Positions 37,933 through 48,852 of a stretch of 64,000 nucleotides of DNA are shown here, piece by piece. Each line of letters starts with the position of its first letter. Within the stretch, counting starts at the first letter, position 1. This DNA is from Gammaproteobacteria bacterium. Lineage in GTDB: Bacteria > Pseudomonadota > Gammaproteobacteria > GCA-001735895. The position numbers and the translations under genes were made by a program. The notes below the pieces were generated by a model. That model was not told where the DNA came from and made no database searches. It saw only the letters and a program-made list of their open reading frames with translations. Location: contig JBNKDE010000001.1 in assembly GCA_050288105.1 (NCBI GenBank), positions 16,097 through 80,096 of the forward strand, in the 5' to 3' direction.

Positions 37933-39006
37933 ATGCATACCCGACACTCCAGAATCATTATTGATTTAGACGCAATTCGTTTTAACTATCAATACCTGAA
38001 AAATATCGCCATCGACAGCAAGGTGATTGCTGTGATCAAGGCGGATGCCTACGGGCATGGCGCAATCGAAGTGGCGCAGGCATTACCCGAGGCAGATGCC
38101 TTTGCAGTGGCCACAGTGCCAGAGGCAATGGCACTACGTGATGCGGGGATACAGCATAAAATCGTCGTGCTGGGCGGCGCTGTAAACCAGAATGAAATGC
38201 AGCTTTGCTTCACGCACAGGCTCGACCCCGTTATACATCAAACCTGGCAGATCGATTTATTGAGAGCCTGCCGAGAACCGTCTTCAATAGATGTCTGGGT
38301 CAAGTTTAATTCCGGTATGGGACGACTTGGATTTTCAACACATCATATGGACGAAGTCATCCAGCGCCTGAACAATATAGCTGCGGTTGATGAGGTTCGA
38401 CTAATGACGCACCTGGCCAACGCCGATGATGTTGAAGACATGAAATCAGGCGAACAGATCGAACAGGTCAGTCAATTGGGTCTGGACGATTATGAATGGG
38501 GTATCGCTAATTCAGCAGGCATACTCGGCTGGCCGGTTAGCCAACGGCGTTGGGTGCGGGCTGGCATTGCATTGTACGGCAGCGATCCCTTACTGGCTCA
38601 GGACCACGCGGGCGTGCTCAAACCTGCGATGCAGTTCCAGTCAGAGATTATCGCCATCAACACACGTAAGCAGGGCGAACGTATTGGCTATAGTGGTCTC
38701 TATATCTGCCAGGACGATCAACAGATAGCGGTAGTCGGAGCAGGGTATGCCGATGGATATCCAAGGCACATGATGAATGGTTATGTCATGGTCAATGGAC
38801 AAAAAGCAGATATTGTAGGGCGTGTCTCGATGGACATGATCACGATAGATGTCACCGGGCTGGACGTAAAACCGGGTGATGAAGTGATCTTATGGGGCAG
38901 CAATCCACTCGCCTCAGAGATTGCCAGATTGAGTGAAACAATCCCTTATGAACTGTTTTGTCATGCAGGTTGCCACGGACAACGAGAATATCTGAATAAA
39001 AGTTAA
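37933..39006 (+). CDS. alr: Alanine racemase
   Basis: The PLP-binding motif AVIKADAYGHG. Start placed at MHTRHSRIIIDLD, just after the dnaB stop codon. Confidence 0.85.
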   Translation: MHTRHSRIIIDLDAIRFNYQYLKNIAIDSKVIAVIKADAYGHGAIEVAQALPEADAFAVATVPEAMALRDAGIQHKIVVLGGAVNQNEMQLCFTHRLDPVIHQTWQIDLLRACREPSSIDVWVKFNSGMGRLGFSTHHMDEVIQRLNNIAAVDEVRLMTHLANADDVEDMKSGEQIEQVSQLGLDDYEWGIANSAGILGWPVSQRRWVRAGIALYGSDPLLAQDHAGVLKPAMQFQSEIIAINTRKQGERIGYSGLYICQDDQQIAVVGAGYADGYPRHMMNGYVMVNGQKADIVGRVSMDMITIDVTGLDVKPGDEVILWGSNPLASEIARLSETIPYELFCHAGCHGQREYLNKS

Positions 39007-39061
39007 AATAGGGCTAGCAAAGCGGCAATAAAATCCGTAAAATCTCGGCTCTTTCAGACAG

Positions 39062-39138
39062 GCGCCTGTAGCTCAGCTGGATAGAGTACTCGGCTACGAA
39101 CCGAGCGGTCGGAGGTTCGAATCCTTCCAGGCGCGCCA
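39062..39138 (+). tRNA. argV-like: tRNA-Arg (anticodon ACG), 77 nt with CCA
   Basis: Acceptor GCGCCTG/CAGGCGC, anticodon loop CTACGAA. Confidence 0.85.
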
Positions 39139-39145
39139 TCCATAA

Positions 39146-39178
39146 AAGAACCCACCCTAGCGGTGGGTTTTTTTATGG
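39146..39178 (+). terminator. Rho-independent terminator
   Basis: acccaccc-tagc-ggtgggt stem followed by TTTTTTT. Confidence 0.6.
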
Positions 39179-39418
39179 ATGACACAAAAAATCTGGTTCG
39201 AGCTTACAGTAGATGGAAATCCATCTTTCGTTTTAGTCCATTGTTAATCGATTAATAGCCTGTCAATCTAAGAGTCTAAACGCGGGGATCCTGGCGGGTC
39301 GAGGAATGATTTACAACTATTAGGTGGGTGAATTTGAGATCAATATATCTATTTATTATTGATTAGCTTGTACCCCTGACCCAGGCAGAATCAGATGCAG
39401 CCTTCAGTAGGTTGGTGA

Positions 39419-40036
39419 CTAATCGTAGTCTGCGTTATCCGAAGTATTTTCTGACTTATCAACACGCACCCATTTCCATCCGGTAATCATGGGCTTGACC
39501 AGGTTTTCTTTTTTCCATAGCCGGTAAAATAGGATGGCTAACAGATGTAGAACAACCAGTATCAACAGGATATCTGATAACCAATGGTGCCACCAGGTCA
39601 TGCTATTGACTACCGATGAGCTGACATAGCCGACCAGAGGGGCAGATTCGAAAAAATCATCCGACTCGATGAAGAGTCCGCTCGTTGCCTGTGAGATAAG
39701 AATCAGCAGTAACGCCAGTACGGACAAAGCACCAACTGGGTTATGACCAGGTGTGCCACTGGGTGTACGTTTCGGCGCATCTTTCAGGTATTTGATAATC
39801 TTTTTGGGTATGGGTAGCAGACTGGACCAGCGCACAGGTTGCGGGCCAATAAAGCCCCAGATGATACGGAATACGAGTAACCCAAGGATTGTGTAACCAA
39901 GGTAGAAATGCCAGCGAATATTATCGAAAGACATGAATTCACCGATTACCCAGTTGCTGATAACCAGGGTAGCCAGGATCCAGTGCCACAGTCGGGTCAC
40001 TGGATCCCAGATTTTCTGTAATTTAAGAGGGGCCAC
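39419..40036 (-). CDS. Cytochrome b561 family protein
   Basis: Four-helix membrane protein with the conserved His ligands (HWxxxxL...H patterns). Confidence 0.65.
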   Translation of the reverse strand: MAPLKLQKIWDPVTRLWHWILATLVISNWVIGEFMSFDNIRWHFYLGYTILGLLVFRIIWGFIGPQPVRWSSLLPIPKKIIKYLKDAPKRTPSGTPGHNPVGALSVLALLLILISQATSGLFIESDDFFESAPLVGYVSSSVVNSMTWWHHWLSDILLILVVLHLLAILFYRLWKKENLVKPMITGWKWVRVDKSENTSDNADYD

Positions 40037-40050
40037 GCGAAGCTTATTCG

Positions 40051-40518
40051 TTATTCTTTTTCGCGGAACTCGTCATGGCATCCTTTACAGGACTTGCCCA
40101 GAGCGCCGATCTTGCTTTTCATCTGGTCCTTGCCATTGCCAGCCACTGCTGCCAGTTCGCGTACGGCGGTTGCGTATTTTTTGCCGTAGTTGCCGATTTC
40201 AGGATAGGTTGTCCAGATTTTAGGTAAGGCGGTGGTGTCACCCGGGTAGTTCTCATTGTCACTACCTTTGACCCAACTGCTACGGATGTCGATTTCGAGC
40301 AGTTTTTGCAGATTGTTTGCGAGCATGCTGGCTTTTTCAGCATCATAATCCATATCGCCTTTAGCCATAGCAAACAGTGGTCCAGCGAAGTAGGAACGCA
40401 GCTGCATCTCACCCTGTCTTGCCTGTATTGCCTTTTTGTTGGGATCCTTTGCGGCCAACGCGGGTAAGCTGAGTGATAGACCAATCATTAATAGTCCAAC
40501 CTTTCCAAATGTGTTCAT
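40051..40518 (-). CDS. Cytochrome c' (class II c-type cytochrome)
   Basis: Signal peptide MNTFGKVGLLMIGLSLSLPALA and the C-terminal CKGCH haem-binding motif; start placed at M61 of the ORF, which has a GGAGAC RBS. Confidence 0.7.
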   Translation of the reverse strand: MNTFGKVGLLMIGLSLSLPALAAKDPNKKAIQARQGEMQLRSYFAGPLFAMAKGDMDYDAEKASMLANNLQKLLEIDIRSSWVKGSDNENYPGDTTALPKIWTTYPEIGNYGKKYATAVRELAAVAGNGKDQMKSKIGALGKSCKGCHDEFREKE

Positions 40519-40737
40519 CAATAGTCTCCGTAAATAGGTGATTGAGCGCGCAGTATATGGGTCTCGATTTAGCCTGACATCGTAATAATTCGCACAAAGC
40601 CGGGGTTTGAAAAATAAATCCTGTTGCCGGTTATCATGGATTAAGTATCTGAAAAGGCAGATAAAATCTCTATCCATTAATCCCACTGTAGTCAACACAT
40701 ACTGCTTTCAGCATTAAAGACTGCAAAAGGTGCTTTT

Positions 40738-41670
40738 TCATTCCGCTGTTTTTAATAATTCCTGTAAAAATACTTCCAGAATAAAATTTGATCGGCCGCC
40801 CTTACGCGTAATCGCAGAATAATGGGTAACTAATTTTCTTTGCTCGGGCTGGACGGCTCTAAGCTCTCCTTCCTTGACCCAGCGCTCAGCGAAATGGGTG
40901 GGTAGAAATCCAAGATATCGTCCGCTGAGTATCAGAAAAGCAGTTCCTTCCCTATCGGTAGAAGAGGCGGTTGCGCGCAGTATTTTTTGTTGCTGTTTTA
41001 TCTTCGCTGCCTGCGGATAGGCTGGCAATACCGCGTCGTAGCGGGCTAGTTCTGAATCGCTTAGCGTAGAGTGGTCAGCATCAAACAGGGGGTGTCCCTG
41101 ACTGCAATAAAGCAGGGATTTTTCCTTATACAGCGGGATATAGTTGAGTCCCGGCAGGGTGCGCAGGTCGGGTACGACTCCAATATGTAGCTGACCATCC
41201 AGAATTGAGGTTTCAATCTGGTTAGGCGGGATCATGCGTATATTGATGACTACTTCAGGTCCCTTGTCTTTCAGGGCAGCTAGCGAACTGGTTACGCGCA
41301 TCTTTGGGTAGGTAACCAGGTTGTCTGTAATGCCGATATTCAGTTCGCCTTTTAATTCGCGATTGATGGCGTTGATCTGTGTGCGAAAGTTTTCCAGGTC
41401 AGACAGCAACTGCAGCGTCGCCTGATATACCTGCTCACCTGATTCGGTGACCGAAAATCCGGATCTGCCGCGATGGCATAAACGCATATTGAGCAGGCTT
41501 TCGAGCTCTGAGATAGCCATGCTGATGGCTGGGCGGCTGATATTGAGCTCGACTTCGGTAGCTGCAAATCCACCACTTTCGACCACTGATCTGAAAATCC
41601 GTAGCAGGCGGATATGAGCGTCGCCGAGTTTTCTGGGGAGTAAATTCGCTGGACTATTCATGAGCTGCAC
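40738..41670 (-). CDS. LysR-family transcriptional regulator (BauR-like)
   Basis: N-terminal LysR HTH; diverges from the aminotransferase gene. Confidence 0.75.
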   Translation of the reverse strand: MQLMNSPANLLPRKLGDAHIRLLRIFRSVVESGGFAATEVELNISRPAISMAISELESLLNMRLCHRGRSGFSVTESGEQVYQATLQLLSDLENFRTQINAINRELKGELNIGITDNLVTYPKMRVTSSLAALKDKGPEVVINIRMIPPNQIETSILDGQLHIGVVPDLRTLPGLNYIPLYKEKSLLYCSQGHPLFDADHSTLSDSELARYDAVLPAYPQAAKIKQQQKILRATASSTDREGTAFLILSGRYLGFLPTHFAERWVKEGELRAVQPEQRKLVTHYSAITRKGGRSNFILEVFLQELLKTAE

Positions 41671-41785
41671 TTGGTTAACTAAATGCTTAACTATAGTTAA
41701 ATAAACTGTAATTTACTAACCTAATACCGAGTTCATAATAGGCGCTGTCCCTTTGCCCACACAAAACCCATCAATCGAGGTGAAC

Positions 41786-43132
41786 ATGCTTACTAAAACA
41801 GACAGTCTGGCGGCATATAATTTGACCCAGGAGCAACTGGATGCTCACTGGATGCCATTTACTGGTAATCGGGATTTTAAACGCAATCCGCGTTTAATGG
41901 TCGCAGCCGAAGGACGCTACTATACCTCGGCTGATGGTCGTAAGATTTTTGATGGTTTATCGGGTTTGTGGACCTGTGGGGCAGGGCATAGTCGTCCCGA
42001 GATTGCCGAAGCAGTACATCAGCAGATTAAAAGTCTGGATTATTCACCAGCATTTCAATTTGGCCATCCTAAATCGTTTCAACTGGCGCATCGCATTACT
42101 GAATTAATGCCTGCGGGACTGAATCGAGTCTTTTTCACTGGTTCAGGCTCTGAGTCGGTTGATACGGCGTTGAAGATCGCACGTGCCTACTGGCGTAAAA
42201 TGGGGCAGGCCAGTAAGACGCGTTTTATTGGACGTATCAAGGGCTACCATGGTGTCAACTGGGGTGGCATCAGTGTGGGGGGCATCGGCCCCAATCGCGC
42301 ACTATTTGGGCAGGGCATAGATGCGGTGCATCTGCCACATACCATGTTGCCGGAAAACAAATTTGTCAAAGGTATGCCGCAACATGGTGCTCACCTCGCA
42401 GATGAGCTGAATGAGTTAATTGCGTTACATGATGCATCGAATATCGCTGCCGTTATTGTGGAACCCCTGGCCGGTTCAGCCGGTGTCATTCCTCCTCCCG
42501 TGGGCTATTTAAACCGCTTGAGAGAAATCTGTACGCAGCACAATATCTTATTAATTTTTGACGAGGTCATTACCGGCTTTGGTCGTATGGGTTCGATTAC
42601 CGGATCGCAGGAATTTGGTGTGGTACCCGATATCATGACGGTTGCAAAGCAGATTACCAATGGCGTCATACCCATGGGAGCGGTGATATCCAGACAGGAT
42701 ATCTATGATACCTTTATGCAGGAAGGTGGCCCGGATTACATGCTGGAGTTCCCTCATGGTTATACCTATTCAGCACACCCAGTCGCCTGTGCTGCGGGTC
42801 TTGCATCGCTGGATATACTGAAGAACGATGGGCTGGTTGAACGAGTAAAGTCTATGGCACCTTATTTTGAAGAAGTGTTGCATAGCCTTAAGGGCACGCG
42901 CTACGTTAGTGATATTCGCAACTACGGCCTGGCGGGTGCTTTGACTATCGAGCCAGCGCCTGGTGAGCCTGCTTTACGGCCGTATCAAATTGCCATGAAA
43001 TGTCTGGATAAGGGCTTTTACGTCCGCTACGGTGGGGATGCGATTCAGATGGGGCTGCCCTTTACAGTAGAGAAGGCGGAGATAGACAGTTTGATAAACG
43101 CCCTGGGCGATGCCATAAACGAGCTGGATTAA
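41786..43132 (+). CDS. bauA: Beta-alanine--pyruvate (omega) aminotransferase, class III
   Basis: Strong co-linearity with Pseudomonas BauA (HWMPF..., LSGLWTCGAGHSR, FDEVITGFGR, KQITNG). RBS GAGGTG. Confidence 0.8.
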   Translation: MLTKTDSLAAYNLTQEQLDAHWMPFTGNRDFKRNPRLMVAAEGRYYTSADGRKIFDGLSGLWTCGAGHSRPEIAEAVHQQIKSLDYSPAFQFGHPKSFQLAHRITELMPAGLNRVFFTGSGSESVDTALKIARAYWRKMGQASKTRFIGRIKGYHGVNWGGISVGGIGPNRALFGQGIDAVHLPHTMLPENKFVKGMPQHGAHLADELNELIALHDASNIAAVIVEPLAGSAGVIPPPVGYLNRLREICTQHNILLIFDEVITGFGRMGSITGSQEFGVVPDIMTVAKQITNGVIPMGAVISRQDIYDTFMQEGGPDYMLEFPHGYTYSAHPVACAAGLASLDILKNDGLVERVKSMAPYFEEVLHSLKGTRYVSDIRNYGLAGALTIEPAPGEPALRPYQIAMKCLDKGFYVRYGGDAIQMGLPFTVEKAEIDSLINALGDAINELD

Positions 43133-43180
43133 GCCCTTACCGGGTTCCAGATCGCGTAATACTAATCAAAGAGAAAAATC

Positions 43181-44671
43181 ATGATAACAGTTGGCCATTT
43201 AATTAACGGTGAAATCATAAATCAGGCAGATCGATTGCAGGATGTGTTCAATCCAGCTACCGGTGCAGTCAGTAAACAGGTTGAATTAGCCTCAGTGGAG
43301 ACGGTTGAACAGGCCATTGCTGCTGCCGAAGCGGCATTTCCTGAGTGGAGAAATACGCCGCCGGCAAAAAGAGCCGCAGTGATGTATCGCTTCAAGTCCT
43401 TGCTGGAGGAAAATGCTGACCAGATATGTCGGATGATTGGCGAGGAGCACGGTAAAATCTGTCATGACGCAGCTGGTGAACTGCAACGCGGTATTGAAAA
43501 TGTCGAGTATGCCTGTGGTGTTCCTGAGCTGCTGAAGGGTGAATACAGCAAAAATGTGGGGCCTAATATCGATTCATGGAGTGAATTCCAGCCCCTGGGT
43601 GTGGTGGCAGGCATTACCCCGTTTAACTTTCCTGCGATGGTACCCTTATGGATGTATCCTATGGCGATTGCCTGTGGTAATACCTTTGTTCTGAAGCCAT
43701 CCGAACGAGATCCTTCATCCGCTCTATTCATTGCGCAGCTGTTGACGCAGGCGGGTTTACCCAAAGGCGTTATGAATGTTGTTAATGGCGATAAAGTCGC
43801 GGTAGATACGCTCTTGACAGACAAACATGTCAAAGCCGTCAGCTTTGTAGGTTCTACATCCATTGCAGAATATATCTACAGCACGGCAACCGCACACGGA
43901 AAGCGTTGTCAGGCCCTGGGTGGGGCGAAGAACCATGCGATCGTGATGCCCGATGCAGATATTGATAATGCGGTCAATCAATTGCTGGGCGCTGCCTTCG
44001 GTTCTTCCGGCGAACGTTGCATGGCTTTATCTGTTGCTGTTGCTGTTGGGGATAATACTGCCGATATCCTGATAGAAAAGATGCGGGCGGGTATGTCTGC
44101 ACTGCGGGTTGGAGAAGCAAGCGATGCTGAAAATAATTTTGGACCGTTAATCACCAGAGAACATCAGCAGAAAGTGATTGGATACATCGACAGCGCCGAA
44201 AAGGATGGTGCAAGCGTGGTTGTCGATGGTCGCAAGCCATCGGTTGCAGGGTTTGAGCAGGGTTTTTTTGTTGGTGCGACGCTAATTGATCATGTGACAC
44301 CTACGATGGTGAGCTATCAGGAAGAAATCTTTGGACCGGTGTTGCAGGTTGTAAGGGTGAAAACCATGCAGGAGGCGATGCAGCTTATTAATGACCACGA
44401 GTACGGCAACGGTACCTGTATATTTACCCGCGATGGTGAAGCTGCACGCTATTTTTCGGATCATATCCAGGTCGGTATGGTGGGAATTAATGTGCCGCTA
44501 CCCGTTCCAGTTGCTTACCATAGCTTTGGTGGCTGGAAACGCTCGTTGTTTGGTGATCTGTACGCCTATGGTCCGGATGCGGTAAAGTTCTACACGCATC
44601 GCAAGACCATTACTCAGCGTTGGCCATCAGCGGGTATCAGGGAAGGGGCTAGTTTTTCCTTTCCAAGTTGA
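43181..44671 (+). CDS. bauC/mmsA-like: CoA-acylating malonate/methylmalonate-semialdehyde dehydrogenase
   Basis: Aldehyde dehydrogenase family with the catalytic Cys region ...GERCMAL..., about 496 aa. Confidence 0.75.
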   Translation: MITVGHLINGEIINQADRLQDVFNPATGAVSKQVELASVETVEQAIAAAEAAFPEWRNTPPAKRAAVMYRFKSLLEENADQICRMIGEEHGKICHDAAGELQRGIENVEYACGVPELLKGEYSKNVGPNIDSWSEFQPLGVVAGITPFNFPAMVPLWMYPMAIACGNTFVLKPSERDPSSALFIAQLLTQAGLPKGVMNVVNGDKVAVDTLLTDKHVKAVSFVGSTSIAEYIYSTATAHGKRCQALGGAKNHAIVMPDADIDNAVNQLLGAAFGSSGERCMALSVAVAVGDNTADILIEKMRAGMSALRVGEASDAENNFGPLITREHQQKVIGYIDSAEKDGASVVVDGRKPSVAGFEQGFFVGATLIDHVTPTMVSYQEEIFGPVLQVVRVKTMQEAMQLINDHEYGNGTCIFTRDGEAARYFSDHIQVGMVGINVPLPVPVAYHSFGGWKRSLFGDLYAYGPDAVKFYTHRKTITQRWPSAGIREGASFSFPS

Positions 44672-44704
44672 TACTGGTTATTAACGAAAAAAGCAGGACA
44701 ATCC

Positions 44705-45352
44705 ATGAAATCATTTACCGCATCCGACGGACATCAATTTTCCGCTTACCAGAGTGATCCAGACACGGCGCCCCGCGCTCTGGTAATTATTATCCAGGAA
44801 ATATTTGGTGTGACTGATCATCTCCGAGATATCGCTGACCGGTTTGCGGAAAATGGCTACAGAGCGGTGGTACCTGCTTTTTTTGATCGCATCGATCCTG
44901 CGATTAGCCTGACTTATGATGATGTAGAAACCGGTCGCGAACTGGCCATGCAACTTCAATCTGACCAGGTGCTACTCGATATCGCCGCTGTGATTGATAG
45001 CAATCCGGGTGTTAATGTCGCTGTGGTCGGTTTTTGCTGGGGAGGTACGCTGGCCTACCTGGCTGCCAGTCAGTTGAATCTGTCAGCGGCCGTTGCCTAT
45101 TACGGTACCCGTATTCAGCAGCACCTTGATCAGAAACCAAAATGTCCGTTTCTGTTCCATTTTGGAGCGAAGGACCAGCTGGTTTCTGCAACCGATGTTG
45201 AAAAGATCCGTCAGGTAAATTCGCAAAGCACATTCTTTATCTATGAGGATGCGGGTCATGCCTTCAGCTGTGAACCTCGCCCCAGCTATCATGCTGAAAG
45301 TGCTGCGCTGTCCTGGAGTAGAACACTGGAATTCCTTTCGCAGCAGACCTGA
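44705..45352 (+). CDS. Dienelactone hydrolase family protein
   Basis: GFCWGG nucleophile motif and an alpha/beta-hydrolase-like layout. Confidence 0.6.
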   Translation: MKSFTASDGHQFSAYQSDPDTAPRALVIIIQEIFGVTDHLRDIADRFAENGYRAVVPAFFDRIDPAISLTYDDVETGRELAMQLQSDQVLLDIAAVIDSNPGVNVAVVGFCWGGTLAYLAASQLNLSAAVAYYGTRIQQHLDQKPKCPFLFHFGAKDQLVSATDVEKIRQVNSQSTFFIYEDAGHAFSCEPRPSYHAESAALSWSRTLEFLSQQT

Positions 45353-45603
45353 TCAAGGTCGTTGGTTCAACCCGCCAGGCGCTTTTCCCTCCGCAATGCA
45401 TGTCCCGAGGCAGCCACTGAGGCTGTTTCCAATGCGTCAATATGTTGAAAGTTAACGCTCTGTCGAAGTGTCAATTAACTGGCGCAATGTGTTTTAAGCG
45501 CTGATTTTTGAACTCAATTTGATGTTGAGCGTTAATCTTCATATTTAATAAGTCGTTGAAATTCAATGGAAAATAGCTGATTTCCTGATGCCTGGGGTCT
45601 TTA

Positions 45604-45620
45604 TGGCATTAACCTTGCTT
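45604..45620 (+). promoter_or_regulatory. Sigma-54 promoter (TGGCAT-N5-TTGCT) upstream of fliL
   Basis: GG at 45605-45606 and GC at 45617-45618 with canonical spacing, about 35 nt upstream of the fliL start. Confidence 0.55.
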
Positions 45621-45651
45621 CACCAGAGTTGGCTGATACAGGAGAGCAATA

Positions 45652-46140
45652 ATGGCTGAAGAAGAAAATCCAGAACAAGAAACTACCAGTAGTAAAAAGA
45701 AACTCATCATCATAATCGTAGCCGCGCTATTGCTGGTTGGTTTAATCGCTGGTGTTGCCATGATGTTTCTGGGCGGTGATGAAACCGAGCAGGTGGTAGC
45801 CGAGGAGACAGGACCCAGTAAAGGCGAAGCACAATATTTTGAACTCAAGCCTTTCACCGTGAACCTTTCTGCTGACGACGAAGTGGCTTTTCTGCAGGTA
45901 CAGATTCAGGTGTTGACGTATTACAGCGAGGTAACCGAACAGCTGGAAAAACACCGCCCATTGATTCGCAACAACCTGACCCTGCTTTTCGCACAGCAGA
46001 AATCTGTAGAGCTGCGATCACCAGAAGGCAAACAGGCGCTGCAGAAAAAAGTTCTGGAAAGCATTCAGAACGTGATCAACAAATACGGTAAAGGCGGGCA
46101 GATTGAGAACGTGTTTTTCACCAATTTTGTGATGCAATAA
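45652..46140 (+). CDS. fliL: Flagellar basal-body-associated protein FliL
   Basis: Single N-terminal transmembrane helix; position immediately ahead of fliM. Confidence 0.75.
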   Translation: MAEEENPEQETTSSKKKLIIIIVAALLLVGLIAGVAMMFLGGDETEQVVAEETGPSKGEAQYFELKPFTVNLSADDEVAFLQVQIQVLTYYSEVTEQLEKHRPLIRNNLTLLFAQQKSVELRSPEGKQALQKKVLESIQNVINKYGKGGQIENVFFTNFVMQ

Positions 46141-46160
46141 TTTAACGGCAGAGAAATAGC

Positions 46161-47231
46161 GTGAGTACAGACATATTAAGCCAGGATGAAGTCGATGCCC
46201 TGTTGCATGGGGTAGACGATGGTGCTGTCGACACCTCTGTCGAAGACGATTTGCTGGATGGAGAAGCACGCGCTTTCGATTTTAATAATCAGGAACGCAT
46301 TATCCGGGGGCGCCTGCCCACCCTGGAAATGATCAACGAGCGATTCGCTCGATACTTTCGCGTTAATTTTTTTAATATGCTGCGCAAGACGCCTGAGATA
46401 TCGATCAATGGTATCCAGATGATCAAGTTTTCTGAGTATATCCACACGCTGTTTGTACCCACCAGTCTGAGTTTAATCAAGATGCAACCTCTAAAAGGTA
46501 CCGGAATGATTATGCTGGATCCAAAACTGGTATTTATTATCGTCGACAACTTCTTTGGAGGCGACGGCAGCATCCATGCCAAGATCGAAGGTCGTGAATT
46601 TACCAGTACCGAATTACGCGTTATAGAAAAAGTCGTGAATATGTGTTTCGTGGATTTGAAGCAGGCCTGGGAACCGATCATGGAAGTGAACTTCGATTAC
46701 CATAACCACGAAGTCAATCCTCACCTGGCCAATATCGTCAGCCCAACCGAAGTGATTGTTGTTTCCAGTTTCCATATTGAGCTGGAAGGTGGGGGTGGAG
46801 ATATACACATTGTTTTTCCCTATTCAATGATCGAACCCATTCGCTCAATACTGGACGCCGGTGTGCAGTCAGATCTGAGCGAATTAGATGACCGCTGGTC
46901 AGTTTTGTTAAAAGAAGAACTGATGCATGCAAAGGTTGAGCTAACCGCAATATTTGCGGAGAAAAGCCTTAAGGTCGGAGATTTAATTAACCTTCAGGCG
47001 GGTGACATTATCCCCATTGATATGCCCGAACAGGCCATCCTGATGGTTGATGAAATGCCCGTAATTCGGGGCCGCTATGGTGAGCATGACGGCAATGCGG
47101 CGATACGTGTTGAAAATATTTATGAACTGACTTCACCCGATGATCCTTTGATGAAAAAACTCAATGCAAAAGACAATGGCAAGCTGGAGATACTGGCGAT
47201 GACCAAAGCTAAAGACAAGAATGTGAAGTGA
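46161..47231 (+). CDS. fliM: Flagellar motor switch protein FliM
   Basis: The N-terminal CheY-P-binding motif LSQDEVDALL. Confidence 0.9.
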   Translation: MSTDILSQDEVDALLHGVDDGAVDTSVEDDLLDGEARAFDFNNQERIIRGRLPTLEMINERFARYFRVNFFNMLRKTPEISINGIQMIKFSEYIHTLFVPTSLSLIKMQPLKGTGMIMLDPKLVFIIVDNFFGGDGSIHAKIEGREFTSTELRVIEKVVNMCFVDLKQAWEPIMEVNFDYHNHEVNPHLANIVSPTEVIVVSSFHIELEGGGGDIHIVFPYSMIEPIRSILDAGVQSDLSELDDRWSVLLKEELMHAKVELTAIFAEKSLKVGDLINLQAGDIIPIDMPEQAILMVDEMPVIRGRYGEHDGNAAIRVENIYELTSPDDPLMKKLNAKDNGKLEILAMTKAKDKNVK

Positions 47232-47256
47232 TGAAACAGATGCTGGAGATAAAGCA

Positions 47257-47661
47257 ATGAACGACGAAACCGAAGACGCAGTTGATCAGGAAGCGATGGC
47301 TGACGAATGGGCGGCGGCGATGGAAGAGCAAAGCGCTGCCGAAGCTGAGGTTGCCAAGGTGGGTACACAACCACTGGGTAAGGAAAGTGTACAGCATGGT
47401 GACGTCAACCTGGAGGTGATACTGGATATCCCGGTCACCATTTCAATGGAAATTGGACGTACCCGGATCAGTATTCGAAACCTGCTGCAGTTAAATCAGG
47501 GTTCTGTCATCGAACTGGATCGGCTGGCAGGAGAGCCTATGGATGTACTGGTGAATGGTACTCTGGTGGCACATGGTGAGGTGGTTGTGGTGAATGAGAA
47601 ATTCGGTATTCGTTTAACCGATGTGATCAGTCCTGCTGAACGTATCAAGAATTTAAAATAG
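47257..47661 (+). CDS. fliN: Flagellar motor switch protein FliN
   Basis: C-terminal SpoA domain (LDIPVTISMEIGRTRISIRNLLQL). Confidence 0.85.
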   Translation: MNDETEDAVDQEAMADEWAAAMEEQSAAEAEVAKVGTQPLGKESVQHGDVNLEVILDIPVTISMEIGRTRISIRNLLQLNQGSVIELDRLAGEPMDVLVNGTLVAHGEVVVVNEKFGIRLTDVISPAERIKNLK

Positions 47662-47671
47662 CCAGCCTGAA

Positions 47672-48106
47672 GTGATGAAATACTTACTGTTGATATTGTT
47701 CCTGACGCCCTTACAGAGCATGGCGCAACAGGCAGTTGAAAAAACTTCTGCAGTAGATCCTGTTTCATCTTCGTATATGATTAAACTTACCGCTGGACTG
47801 GTGCTGGTGGTTGGACTGGTTTTTTTTCTGGCCTGGCTGGTAAAAAAAACCCAGCTGGTACAGGGCTCTAACTCAGGTCTGATCAAGATAGTCAGTGCCA
47901 TATCCGTCGGACAGCGCGAACGAATTGCGTTAATTCAGGTGGGGGAAGAACAGATACTGGTCGGCCTCACTCCTGGCAGAATAGATAAATTGCACAAGCT
48001 GGAAAAAGCGCTCAGCGTAGACCATGCAGCGGTGCCCGCGTCAAACTCTTTTCAACAAAAATTCCAGCAACTGATCAATAAAGGTAAATCCGATGAGATG
48101 GATTAA
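47672..48106 (+). CDS. fliO: Flagellar biosynthesis protein FliO
   Basis: Position in the cluster and a single transmembrane segment. Confidence 0.7.
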   Translation: MMKYLLLILFLTPLQSMAQQAVEKTSAVDPVSSSYMIKLTAGLVLVVGLVFFLAWLVKKTQLVQGSNSGLIKIVSAISVGQRERIALIQVGEEQILVGLTPGRIDKLHKLEKALSVDHAAVPASNSFQQKFQQLINKGKSDEMD

Positions 48107-48842
48107 TCTGATCTGGGTGCTGTTATTGTTTGTTGCGTTACCGGCAGAAGCACAGCTAGCCGGTATTCCCGCATTAAGCGTCAGCGGTGGTGCGGCCGAC
48201 GGTCAAACTTACAGCGTAACACTGGAAATTCTGGCACTGATGACTGTGCTGACAGTGTTGCCAGCGATCCTGCTGATGATGACTTCCTTTACTCGTATCG
48301 TCATCGTATTAGCGATTCTCCGACAGGCAATGGGGACTGCGTCTTCACCCTCAAATCAGATAATTATTGGTCTGGCACTTTTCTTATCCCTGTTTATTAT
48401 GTCTCCTGTTTTGGTACAGGTAAACGACCAGGCGGTGCAACCTTATCTACAGGAAAAAATGTCGGCGATACAGGCCATCAAGGTTGCAGTGGAGCCTTTT
48501 AAAACCTTTATGCTGGCACAGACCCGCGAAACCGATATACGCATGTTTGCCGATATTGCGGGCATTGATTCCATCGCTTCTCCGGAAGAAACTCCGCTCA
48601 GATTATTGTTACCCGCCTTTGTTACCAGTGAGCTGAAAACAGCGTTTCAGATCGGCTTCATGATTTTTATCCCTTTTGTCATCATCGACCTGGTGGTTGC
48701 CAGTGTATTGATGTCTATGGGTATGATGATGCTCTCCCCATTAATTATTTCATTACCATTCAAGTTGATGCTGTTTGTACTGGTGGATGGATGGTCTTTG
48801 ATTATGGGTACCCTGGCATCGAGTTTTCTGGTCAACAGCTAA
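48093..48842 (+). CDS. fliP: Flagellar export apparatus protein FliP
   Basis: Signal peptide plus the conserved FliP core. Confidence 0.9.
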   Translation: MRWINLIWVLLLFVALPAEAQLAGIPALSVSGGAADGQTYSVTLEILALMTVLTVLPAILLMMTSFTRIVIVLAILRQAMGTASSPSNQIIIGLALFLSLFIMSPVLVQVNDQAVQPYLQEKMSAIQAIKVAVEPFKTFMLAQTRETDIRMFADIAGIDSIASPEETPLRLLLPAFVTSELKTAFQIGFMIFIPFVIIDLVVASVLMSMGMMMLSPLIISLPFKLMLFVLVDGWSLIMGTLASSFLVNS

Positions 48843-48852
48843 AAGGGGGCAA

